DNA of 64,000 nucleotides from Octopus sinensis (taxonomy: Eukaryota): positions 15,066,001 through 15,130,000 of the forward strand of contig NC_043005.1 of the NCBI RefSeq assembly GCF_006345805.1, given 5' to 3'. A program made the translations under genes and the position numbers. Shown here one piece after another: positions 13,924 through 24,953 of this stretch (positions are counted from its first letter, which is position 1; each line of letters opens with the position of its first letter). The notes below the pieces were generated by a model. That model did not search any database and had not been told where the DNA came from. It saw nothing but the letters and a program-made list of their open reading frames with translations.

Positions 13924-14087
13924 TATGACAGGCTTCTTTCAGTTTCTGTCTATCAAATCCACTCACAAGGCTTTGGTCGGCCTGAGGCTATAGTAGAAGA
14001 CACTTGCCCAAGGTGCCACGCAGTGGGACTGAACCTGGAACCATGTGGTTGGTAAGCAAGCTACTTACCACACAGCCACTCCTACGC
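13668..14087 (-). mobile_element. SINE family A
   Basis: Full-length family A sequence. Confidence 0.88.
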
Positions 14088-14537
14088 TTATTCAAAAGAG
14101 GATACATGGAATATTATAGTCCTAGATATATTGTCTGATTAAAGAAAAAATGGGTTATAGTCACTGCTTGAATGACTTTTATGGCAGGTATGCGGGATCA
14201 GAGCTGCTTTTGGGTGAAACAACAGAGAAAGATACTTGGGTACATTAGATAAGGTACTCCCAGAAAAAGAACATACAACATGTCTTGGATACCTTGCATC
14301 CATAGCTCTGTTGGATCAGAGATGGCCTGGGGCTAAGCAGTAGCCACAAAAGAAAACAATGTTTTAAAGGACAGATATGAAGAAAGTGATGAGAATAAGA
14401 TGTTGTTAGGGTGTTTTCTTACTCTTTATTATAAAGGTTTTGTTGTTTAAATCCAGGTCAGCCCTTAAAGAGTAGACAGCTGGGCTAACCATTTACTGTT
14501 TTTACAAACATTGTTTATTTCTGACAACATTATCCTA

Positions 14538-14884
14538 TCATCATCATCATCATCATCATCATCATTTAGCGTCCGCTTTCCATGCTAGCATGGGTTGGAC
14601 GGTTCAACTGGGTCTGTGAAGCTGGAAGGCTTCGTCAGGCCCAGTCAGATCTGGCAGTGTTTCTACGGCTGGATGCCCTTCCTAACGCCAACCACTCTGT
14701 GAGTGTAGTGGGTGCTTTTTACGTGCCACCTGCACAGGTGCCAGACAGAGCTGGCAAACGGCCACGAAACGGATGGTGCTTTTACGTGTCACCGGCACGG
14801 GGCCAAGCGATGCTGGCAACGGACACGAACGGATGGTGCTTTTATGTGCCACCGACACGGGGCCAGACAGAGCTGGCAAACGGC
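14538..14884 (-). mobile_element. RTE-LINE 3' UTR fragment with ~55-bp tandem units
   Basis: (ATC)n, then CCATGCTAGCATGGGTTGGACGG...GGATGCCCTTCCTAACGCCAACC and repeated TGCTTTTACGTGCCACC units. Confidence 0.8.
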
Positions 14885-15277
14885 ATGTTTCCCAATATTT
14901 TTTTTAACCATTAAATTATGATTTGACAAAGAAAGAGAGAGAGAGAGAGATTTGGCTACTATTTCTAGCATTCCAAGTGACTACATAGTGACTCCATTGG
15001 TTAAACTGCTATAAAAAGAAGCATTGATCCCAGTTAAGGAGTTGAGTAAACAAAACGCTATCTTGATGAATATGAACAGGTGTTATTGATTTTACAGTGT
15101 CTTTTTGAGTCTTCATAAAAATAGCAGGAATAACTGAAACAAAACTAATTGAATCTTTCAAGCGAATCATTGTGTAGCAACGTTTTAGGCATTGCATTTT
15201 GTGTTTTACACTCTCTACTGCCAAATATTAAGTAACATTTAATACATTATGTACATGTTTAGCATTATATAGACAAA

Positions 15278-15584
15278 TCTTTATATATAAAACTGTAGAT
15301 GTGTGTGTGTCCTGTCTACCCCGAATTAGATTCCTAACTACTCCCACATTTTGCGGTGCACTTTAACCAAAAGCGGGTATCTTATAGTCGTGATTCATAT
15401 CGAGCCCTTCTGGGTATTAGCGTGTGTCTATGATGAGTCTATGATTAAAAAAAAAATTTACCATCATTTTTCCGCATTTTTAATCCATTTTTCGCTCGGT
15501 TTTATATAACGGAAGTAACTCTCTAAAAATGCTTATATAGCTATTTCCCTTACAAACCCGAGCAACGCCGGGCGATACTGCTAG
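15278..15584 (+). mobile_element. Non-autonomous Helitron
   Basis: 5' TC start after host A; 3' GC-rich hairpin CCCG-AGCAACGC-CGGG then CTAG before host T; no TSD. Related copies at 21523-21922 and 59756-60177. Confidence 0.8.
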
Positions 15585-16169
15585 TACCCAATAACATTCA
15601 ATTCAATACTTATGTATTTAACACCTCTGTCAACCTTATTCTTTTATCGGTTTCAGTCATTTGACTGCGACCATGCTGGAGCAGCATCTTTTTAGTCAAA
15701 CAAACTGACCCCAGGACTTATTCTTTGTAAGCCTAGTACTTATTCTATCGGTCTCTTTTGCCACACCACTAAGTTACGGGGACATAAACACACCAACATT
15801 GGTTGTCAAGCAATGATAGTGTGTAACCTGGAACATCTAGAGGGTCTTTTTCTTGGTTTTTACTTGAAATATTTTCACTTACTGAGACATGTTTGCAAAC
15901 CATTTAAATTTAACGGGAAGGAAGGAGGGGTTATGTAGGGTAAATTTTGTCTGACCTCCGAAGCATGTCAAATGTTAAGAAATACATGTAGTAATCTTTA
16001 AAAATATTAATGATGATGATAATAATAACAATAATAATACTTGTAATATTAACAAGACCAAAGAAGCTCATCATTTTTCTCTCGTCTCCCTCATCCCTGT
16101 TTTACACTTTATTCCTCTGCCCTCAGCCTCTTCTCTCATGCCTTGACTTAGCTCAGTTCATCAAGAATC

Positions 16170-16760
16170 TATCTTCTGCATAGTTTATGTGCTACAAATA
16201 TCAGTTCGTACTATTAATGACAAGTGAGAAGATGTCTCTTGGTCTTAAGGGCAAAAACACAGAGACTATGGCAATCTCATAGAAAACAGAAAGTATCACC
16301 AGTTTGCAACTTAAGAATTAAGGGAACAACACTGAGACAAGTTGATAGTTTTAAGCATTTAGGAATGCATCTGATAGGAAAGAAACATCTAAAAAATTAA
16401 GTGAAGAATTGGACTAGCTAAAACTGGTGAGATCAACCATACATTATCAAAAAAAGCTATCAATGAGAGAGAGGAAAATACCCCTCAGGGCATATATAGA
16501 ACCCATCATTACATATGGTTGTGTAACCTGGAACATCAACAGATAAATGTAACAACTTATCGATGCTAAAGGTGTGCTAAGCAGAGTAACAAATATCAAA
16601 GTGCTCAAATTAGCAAAGACCACCAAATAAACTTATCATAAGGAGATGTTGGACACTTTGAGAAGAAAAATCCTTGGGCAATTGGTGATGAATGGGAAAC
16701 TGAAAGAAATGAGTGGGAAACCAAGGAAAGGGGGGGAGAAAATACTTGTTGGCCTTCCCA
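16170..16760 (+). mobile_element. Highly degraded LINE reverse-transcriptase C-terminal fragment
   Basis: Remnants QVDSFKHLG and IITYGCVTWNI; many stops. Confidence 0.4.
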
Positions 16761-18075
16761 GCTGGTTTCAGAGGCATACCACAGAATGAGAAAGAGGGAG
16801 AAAGAGGAAGGTAGATGGGGATGGAGAGAGAGAGAGAGAGACCTAGCTCAGCAACAGCTTGCCAGAAGAGAGGTATCTCTGTATGCCAGTGTAAAAGAGT
16901 ATGCCAAATTATGTACCTTTACATCAAAAAGTTGTGTACCTTTGCCATTTGATAGAGGTTAATTAAACAAGTACCAGACCAAAATTAGTACTGGTGATGG
17001 GAAGGAAGGTCAAAATGATTGATTTAAAAGGTCCATAAGGTCGTGCCCCAACATGGCCAGAATCCAATGATTAAAACCAGTAAAAGATTAAAAGAGTGTG
17101 AGCTGGGTAATGTAACTACAATAAACATAATTTAAAAGTACATACCATCTTCTACCAAAATACACTTGAAAATCTCTGACAAGTTGTGGTGCACCTGAGC
17201 ACTGTATACAATAATTTCATTATTATTATTATTATTATTATTTTATAATTATAAGTTTTACATATTGGTTATTTTTTTAGCCTCTGTTCAGTCTTGATTG
17301 AACACACCTATGATCAATGATATTCTATCTGTTCCCATCCTATCTTCATTCTGGCATAGAGTATACAGTACAACATCCAATGTGTTCTTGCTATTTTCAG
17401 CCAATAAGATATGGTTTGAAGTTTTGCTTCCTACTTCTAGCAAGTTAAACAACCTTATTGAAGGCCTGTTGTTAGCTCTGGCTCTTTCCTGCTTTACACC
17501 AGTGTAAATATATAATGGAGGAAATGTTTAAAAAAAAATGGATCCGTTTCTAGGAAACCAGTTTCCTTTGACTTCAGCTGTTTTTAAATAGTATTTTTAT
17601 AAACAAGAAATGCAGAATATTTAGGAAGTTTACATCATTTGAACATCCCCATGTAAACAAATTCTATGTATATAGCTAATTTTATTTATTTATGTATTCA
17701 CTTCCTGCAGTATGGTTATTCTCATTAGATTTTGTTAAACTGCTGTATCACATGCTGTCAGAAACACAAAATAATAAATCTTTACAAAATTAAATATTTA
17801 ATCCTACTTAACCTTTTGGAAAATTTCCTCCACGCTGTCTAAAAATAAATGAGTTTTTTTTTTTTTTATTAAAAAATTTTTGTTGGGAATGAGTCATGGT
17901 AACTACTGGAAACACATATACACCGTTAAATTGTTTTTTTTTTTTTGTGTGGCACCTTGGGCAAGTGCCTTCTACTCTAGCTCCAGTCTGATCAAAGCTT
18001 TGTGAATGGTGTTTGTAGACAGAAATTGAAAGAAGTATCTTGTGTGTGTGTGTGTGTGTCTGTATATATATATAG

Positions 18076-18365
18076 GAGGCACAATGGCCCAGTGGTTAGG
18101 GCAGCGGACTCGCAGTCGGAGGATCGCGGTTTCGATTCCCAGACCGGGTGTTGTGTGTGTTTATTGAGCGAAAACACCTAAAAGCTCCACGAGGCTCCGG
18201 CAGGGGGTGGTGATCCCTGCTGTACTCATTCACCACTCTTTCTCACTCTTTCTTCTGTTGGCCAGCGGGGTGGCGTCGTTCGAAGGCTAAAACAATTCGA
18301 ACGCATTGTGACCAGCGATGTGTAGCAACATTTGATGGTCTGGTCGGTCACGTGATCACGTGATA
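18076..18365 (+). mobile_element. tRNA-derived SINE family C, tail type 1
   Basis: Head GGAGGCACAATGGCCCAGTGGTTAGGGCAGCGGACTCGC...GGTTTCGATTCCC; ends GGTCACGTGATCACGTGAT within (TA)n. Confidence 0.85.
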
Positions 18366-18566
18366 TATATATATATATATATATGAGGTTATGAGAGGTA
18401 ATGGTGTCAAGAAGACCCAAAGGTGTCAGGTAATGCTGAGTAAGTGCTATGGACAGACTATAGTTAAGTTCCAGGTTCGGTGATTATGTGAATGAGGAGT
18501 TCAATGTAGGTCATATATCAGCATGTGTATATATATAAAAATTAACAGAATGAGATAAAAATCTCT

Positions 18567-18614
18567 GTCTCCAATGAAGGGATATATAAAATATCTCAGA
18601 AACAGCTGTAAGAC
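18567..18614 (+). ncRNA. Decayed minimal type I hammerhead-like motif in a small palindromic element
   Basis: Stem I GTCT/AGAC, damaged core CCAATGA, stem II GGATAT/ATATCT, GAAAC-AGCT-GTA with a palindromic loop. Flanking inverted repeats at about 18538-18563 and 18650-18675. Confidence 0.45.
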
Positions 18615-18674
18615 CTATTTATAAATGTTCTGAAATCTTTCACAGCCTTGGATTTTTGTCATATTCTGTTAATT

Positions 18675-18719
<45 letters not shown>

Positions 18720-18724
<5 letters not shown>

Positions 18725-18917
18725 TTAGTTATTTGACTGCACCATTGATGGGGCACTGCCTTTTTTTAGTCAAAGAAAGCGACTCCCGGACTTATTCTTT
18801 GTAAGCATGGTACTTAGTCTATTGGTCTCTTTTGCCGAACTAAGTTACAGGGATGCAAGCACACCAGCATTGGTTGTCAAGCGATGGTAGTGGTGGTGGT
18901 GGTGGGGACAAACACAG

Positions 18918-19002
<85 letters not shown>

Positions 19003-19179
19003 TATATACAAATATATATGACAGGTTCTTTCAGTTTCCACCTACCAAATCCACTCACAAGGCTTTGGTCAGCCCAAGGCTATAGTAGAAAGCACTTGCC
19101 CAAGGTGCCATGCAGTGGGACTGAAACTAGAACCATGTGACCGGGAAGCAAGCTTCTTACCACACAGCCACACCTATAC

Positions 19180-19181
<2 letters not shown>
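18720..19181 (-). mobile_element. SINE family A (diverged)
   Basis: Family A sequence with a long internal (TA)n. Confidence 0.82.
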
Positions 19182-19237
<56 letters not shown>

Positions 19238-19605
19238 TCCTCCTTACCTTGACCTCATGTGATAGTTATAAATGAGTGTCACTGTTGTGCAAGCAGTGTC
19301 CTGTGTTTCCAGTCTTCCATGCAAACATGTCTGGTCATGGGGGAAATATTGTCATAGTTGGAAGCTGGTGAAGATTGGTGACAGGAAGAACATCAGGCCA
19401 TAGTATAAAAATTTACTGCAATAAATTCTGCCAGGTGCTTGCAAGCATGGACAAGGGAATTTAAAATAATGACGGTGATGATGGTGGGAGTGGTGATGAT
19501 AATGCTGCTGCTGCTGATGATGATGATGTCATATAATATAAAGTATCAAAAGTTTAGCTGAATAGCCACAGACCTAGTTACTTGTGCCAGTAATTAGCTT
19601 GTAGA

Positions 19606-19847
19606 AAGGCGGAGAGCTGGCAGAAATGTTAGCACGGTGGGCGAAATGCTTAGCGGTATTTCGTCTGCTATTACGTTCTGAGTTCAAATTCCGCCGAGGT
19701 CAACTTTGCCTTTCATCCTTTCGGGCTCAATAAATTAAGTACCAGTTACACACTGGGGTCAATGTAATCGACTTAATTCCTTTGTCTGTCCTTGTTTGTC
19801 CGCTCTATGTTTAGCCCCTTGTGGGCAATAAAGAAATAAGAAATAAG
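19606..19847 (+). mobile_element. SINE family B with TSD
   Basis: Family B sequence flanked by a GTAATTAG(C/T)TTGTAGA duplication. Confidence 0.85.
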
Positions 19848-20136
19848 TAATTAGTTTGTAGATGTGCATAAAATGTGCAACAACAAAACTGTTTCATTTT
19901 CATCACATGAACTGTGAGATCAAGTCAATGACCCTGTTAGTAAAACACCAAAATATTTCAAATGGTTTCTTTTAAAAACCATACATAACTTTTTATTAAT
20001 ATTAATTTCTTAAAAAAATTTGGAGGAAGAGTATCATCAAATAAATTACCTCCAGTAATTGATTAGTACTTGTTGACTCTGGGAAGATGAAAAGTGATGT
20101 AAGTTTTAATTAGATTGGAACTCAGAATGTAAAGTG

Positions 20137-20186
<50 letters not shown>

Positions 20187-20199
20187 CTATGTATGTATG

Positions 20200-20223
<24 letters not shown>

Positions 20224-20230
<7 letters not shown>

Positions 20231-20860
20231 CGTCCACTTGTGACCAAGGAAGACCATTGCAGACCTTCTGGAACATTGTGCGCTCTAGGACTAACTTATA
20301 TTTTGCATTTGCGGCTCCATTGGTGGCTAATGAGCCCTGCTCTTGACAAGCATATGCGACTGCAAACATTGCAGACCAAGCTTTCCCCATTCACTATACG
20401 AGCCGTGCACTTTCGCGCAGCTCGCTTAAGTTCTTCATGCTGGACACGTGCTCTCTCAAAAGTGTCGATCCCCTCCTTAACCTACTTCCTCCATCCGTGT
20501 CGATGACAGGCATTGTTCTCCCAGTCAGTGTCCTGTATATCACAGGCCTTTAATGGGGACTTGATACAGTCCTTGAATTGCAGCCTTGGTTTCTGCCGGA
20601 GTCTCCTTCCATTCATAAGTTCTCCATAGAGCATCTGCTTAGGAATCCTTCTATCCTCCATTCTAATAAGGTGTCCAGTCCACGCAACCGGTGCTTGTGC
20701 ACCATCGCCTCAATACTCAAGATATCAGCTGTCTTCAGGATCTGTGTGTCTGGAATTTTTTGAGGTCCAGCCAACATTGAGAATGTGTCTGAGACATCTC
20801 TGATGAAAACGTTCAAGGACCCTTACCTGACGTTTGTACAGAGACCATGTCTCACATGAG
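20224..20860 (-). mobile_element. RTE-clade LINE 3' ORF fragment
   Basis: Minus-strand QKIPDTQILKTADILSIEAMVHKHRLR and a C-terminal CRICLSRAGLISH Cys/His motif; frameshifted. Confidence 0.7.
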
Positions 20861-20995
20861 TAGATATATCATCATCATCATCATCGTTTAACGTCCGTTC
20901 TCCATGCTAGCATGGGTTGGACGGTTCGACCGGAGATCTGGGAAGCCAGAAGGCTGCACCAGGCTCCAGTCTTATCTGGCAATGTTTCTACAGCT

Positions 20996-21047
<52 letters not shown>

Positions 21048-21522
21048 TGCATGGCATTTTGGTTGGAATTCAATGATTTTTACTAATTCACTGACCTTGA
21101 TTTTTAAAATATATTAGATAATTCATATCATTTTTATAATTTATTTTCTGATTTCTATTTTTTTAAAAAACTTTTAATATGATTTTAATTTTATGTGAAA
21201 TGAAATTGGCTGCTTAGCTTATAAGTAATAGATTCCTTTTTTTTTTTTACCTTTTTAATGAGCTCATGTCAATTTTTTTTACTATAAAAGTTTTGTTTCT
21301 AGATATGAAATTGTGACCATGTAAATTTTGAAGTGAATATTTATTTTATGAGTGCTGTGTATTAAGTCTATAAAATTGTGCATAAAGTATATATATGTGA
21401 AATGCATTAAGTAATCATCGTATTACAATTTCCTTCACTTTTCAATGAATTGCAGATGCATGACTATCTTTAGATACAGACACACACACACTTTTTTCTT
21501 TGTTTACTAAGGTTTCTGCCCA

Positions 21523-21921
21523 TATATATATATATATATAAAAGTGAAGTTGTGTGTCTGTCTCCTACGATTTAGATTCCTAACTACCACCACATTTTGC
21601 GGTGCGGTGTAACCAAAAGCAGGTATCTTACAGTCATGATTCATATCGAGCCCTTCTGGGTATTAGCGCACGTCTAGCATGAGTCTACGATTTAAAAAAA
21701 TTTACCATCATTTTTTCCCATTTTTAATGCATTTTTTTGCTATTATATAAGGGAAGTAACTCTCTAAAAATATATTATTAAATCTCAGAACGTAAAAAGC
21801 TACAGTAACACCCCCCTTTGTGGTTAGCCATATTGAGATGGGTATTATACGTTACATCTCTAAAAATGCTTATATAGTTATTTCCCTTTCAAAACCCGAG
21901 CAACGCCAGGCGATACTGCTA

Positions 21922-21922
<1 letters not shown>
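21523..21922 (+). mobile_element. Non-autonomous Helitron (same family as 15278-15584)
   Basis: Shared body; ends CCCGAGCAACGCCAGGCGATACTGCTAG before T, within (TA)n. Confidence 0.8.
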
Positions 21923-21995
<73 letters not shown>

Positions 21996-22602
21996 CTATA
22001 AATGCACATAAAAATACATAAATGTTAAATAGCATGATGATAAATGTTACTTTGCAACTTCATGCTGTTAATCCTCCAAATGGACAGACTACTTATGTAT
22101 TTTGATTAATTTTTGATATAATATTTGCAATATTTTGAAAGGGTTTAATAAAATATCTCCAAGTTTATATATAGATTATCACTTTGATGTTGACCAACTA
22201 AAATCTCACTATATGATCTGGACTGAGATTTTAATTTAAATGTAAACATTTGCATTATTAGTACGTGGGCTGGTATTAAAAGTGTTAGTAAAAATATCTA
22301 ACTGAACTGCACATTTTGGAAGAGAAGATGAGCTGATTAGATTAATTATAGTGCTCCACCAGTTTTTATTTCATTATCAGTTCTGGAAAGGTGAAAGGTC
22401 GTGTTAACCCTCTGTGGGATATGAACTCAGAACAATAAAGAGATGGAACTCACAATGTTTTCCACTTTACTTCTACCAACCCCTGCCTATTTTGTTATAT
22501 ATTGATTTAACTCTTTTGTTATTGTATTTCTGCTGAGATATGCTCCTTCAATAAATTTTGAAAACATTGAAGAATTTAGTAAAATATCTGTCATTTTTTT
22601 TT

Positions 22603-22984
22603 TAGAAGCACTCCGTTGGTTACGATGACGAGGGTTCCGGTTGATCCGATCAACGGAACAGCCTGCTCGTGAAATTAACGTGTAAGTGGCTGAGCACTCC
22701 ACAGACACGTGTACCCTTAACGTAGTTCTCGGGGATATTCAGCGTGACACAGAGAGTGACAAGGCCGGCCCTTTGAAATACAGGTACAACAGAAACAGGA
22801 AGTAAGAGTGAGAGAAAGTTGTGGTAAAAGAGTACAGCAGGGATCACCACCATCCCTGCCGGAGCCTCATGGAGCTTTAGGTGTTTTCGCTCAATAAACA
22901 CTCACAACGCCCGGTCTGGGAATTGAAACCGCGATCCTACGACCGCAAGTCCGCTGCCCTAACCACTGGGCCATTGCGCCTCCA
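22603..22984 (-). mobile_element. SINE family C, tail type 2, with TSD
   Basis: Family C head on the minus strand; ATCTGTCATT repeated on both flanks; same tail as 57318-57700. Confidence 0.85.
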
Positions 22985-23269
22985 CATCTGTCATTATAAA
23001 GCTGGCATAAGGCAGCAAGCTGGCAGAATTGAGTTCTGAGTTCAAATTCCACCAAGGTCAACTTTGCCTTTCATCCTTTCGGAAATACTGGTGTCGATGT
23101 AATCAACTAGTCTCCACTCCTAAAATTTCAGGCCTTGTGCCTATAGTAGAAAGGGATTATTAAGCTGGTATTTTGAAACATAAATTAACATGAAATTACG
23201 AAGGAGGGTTTTAATTTAGATCACTTTAACCATTTTGTTAATCAATTTTTGTTGAAATACACTGCTTTT

Positions 23270-23644
23270 ACATTATTTACATTATTTACATTATTTACAT
23301 TCGACGGTTATTTCTCCTCATCTTGTTTGTTGTTAACACAACGTTTCGGCTGATATAATTTCCAGCCTTCTTCAGGTGTTTTGGGGAAATTTCGAACCTG
23401 GGTTCTCATTCCTAAGGTATTTTTCGATGTTGTTGTTATTATTATTATTATTATTATTATTGTTGTTGTTGTTGTTAATGTTCAGGTCACTGCTTGAAAT
23501 TGAACTCGGAATCTTGGGGTTAGTAGCCCGTGCTCTTAACCACTACGCCATATGCCTGTTGTGTTAAAAACAAACAAGACGAGGACAAATATCTGTCGAA
23601 TGTAAATAATGTACATAATTCCTCATCTCTTAAATATACAACTG
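23270..23644 (-). mobile_element. Candidate Penelope-mobilised SINE: tRNA-like head, hammerhead-bearing tail and inverted tail copy
   Basis: A 12-bp direct repeat TACACTGCTTTT (23258-23269, 23645-23656) bounds it. A/B-box head at about 23485-23556, hammerhead at 23335-23380, inverted tail copy at 23558-23644. Confidence 0.7.
23335..23380 (-). ncRNA. Minimal type I hammerhead ribozyme motif
   Basis: Minus strand AACAC-CTGAAGA-A-GGCTG(GAAATTATAT)CAGCC-GAAACGTT-GTGTT: 5-bp stem I, 5-bp stem II, intact core, palindromic ACGT in place of stem III, cleavage triplet GUU. Confidence 0.7.
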
Positions 23645-23679
23645 TACACTGCTTTTGTTTCAATTTAAAAATAATGAAC

Positions 23680-24091
23680 TACTCTTTTACTCTTTTACTT
23701 GTTTCAGTCATTTGACTGCGGCCATGCTGGAGCACCGCCTTTAATCGAGCAACTCGACCCCGGGACTTATTCTTTTGTAAGCTCAGTCCTCATTCTATCG
23801 GTCTCTTTTGCCAAACCACTAAGTAACGGGGACATAAACACACCAGCATCGGTTGTCAAGCAATGCTAGGGGGACAAACACAGACATACAAACACACACA
23901 TACATATAATATATATATACATATATACGACGGGCTTCTTTCAGTTTCCGTCTACCAAATCCACTCACAAGGCTTTGGTCGGCCCGAGGCTATAGTAGAA
24001 GACACTTGCCCAAGGTGCCACGCAGTGGGACTGAACCCGGAACCATGTGGCTAGTAAGCAAACTACTTAGCACACAGCCACTCCTACGCCT
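23680..24091 (-). mobile_element. SINE family A
   Basis: Full-length family A sequence. Confidence 0.9.
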
Positions 24092-24334
24092 GAAATGACT
24101 GAAACAAGTAAAAGAGTAGTTCATCATTTTTAAATTGAAACAAAAGCAGTGTACAGTTCTATATTTAAGAGATGAGGAATTATGTACAATTATTATTATT
24201 GTTGTTGTTGTTGTTAATGTTCAGGTCACTGCTTGGAATTGAACTCAGAATCTTGGGGTTAGTAGCCCGTGCTCTTAACCAATACTATACAACATAGATT
24301 CTTTTTAAAAAATTTTAAAACAATTTTTTAAAGC

Positions 24335-24545
24335 TATCTCTGCCTCTAGAAGATGTACCATAATTACCAAATGGCAATTAAGACAAGCTCCATTTGGGAA
24401 GGACAGACAATCTTAAGATTGAAGAATTTCTCCAAAGTTGACATGCCATTAAGGAAAAGGACAGGGTTAATGTCTTGCCACCTCTAGTGAAGCTGGTCTT
24501 AATTGCTATTTGGTAATTATGATGTGTCCTCTAGAGGTGGAGATA
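24335..24545. mobile_element. Palindromic MITE-like element
   Basis: Left arm TATCTCTGCCTCTAGAAGATGTACCATAATTACCAAATGGCAATTAAGAC is an imperfect reverse complement of right arm GTCTTAATTGCTATTTGGTAATTATGATGTGTCCTCTAGAGGTGGAGATA. Confidence 0.6.
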
Positions 24546-24760
24546 ATTTTAAGAAGTCAAGAATTTATTTTGTATGGTATTTAATATACTTGTATGGTAT
24601 TTGATATACTGTTTTGTTGACCCTGGGATTATGAAAATCAAAACTTGATCTCATCAGGACTTGCTCAGAATGTACAGAAAATATGTGACAAAAACTTTTT
24701 TCTATACTTTTCTTTTCTTCTTTTCTAATACAGAGGTTCCAGTCTGTTATTTACATCATA

Positions 24761-24953
24761 ATGGTACTGATGCTAAGGCATTGCAGGAAGATATTCATCA
24801 AACTTCTAGCAACCATATACCTGGTATTAATAATATATTCAGTGATCAATTATAACTCGCGTTGTCGTACCACTATGCCTGATGTTCTTGATTATCGATA
24901 TTTAAGTGATCCAATCTATTTCAATAAATGCCGGATTGATTTTCCTGCTTTGG
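24761..24953 (+). CDS. GT7 gene, first coding exon (cytoplasmic tail, transmembrane anchor, short stem)
   Basis: Polypyrimidine tract and CAG acceptor end at 24733. ATG 24761 starts [29 protein letters not shown] (basic then hydrophobic). Donor G|GTAAGT after 24953 is phase 1 and matches the next exon. Confidence 0.8.

Noticed and set aside
23485-23556. tRNA-like sequence as a real tRNA gene (likewise the heads at 18076, 29400 and 57318)
   Set aside because: Acceptor and T stems pair poorly and the sequences run into repeat bodies with TSDs, so they are SINE heads.
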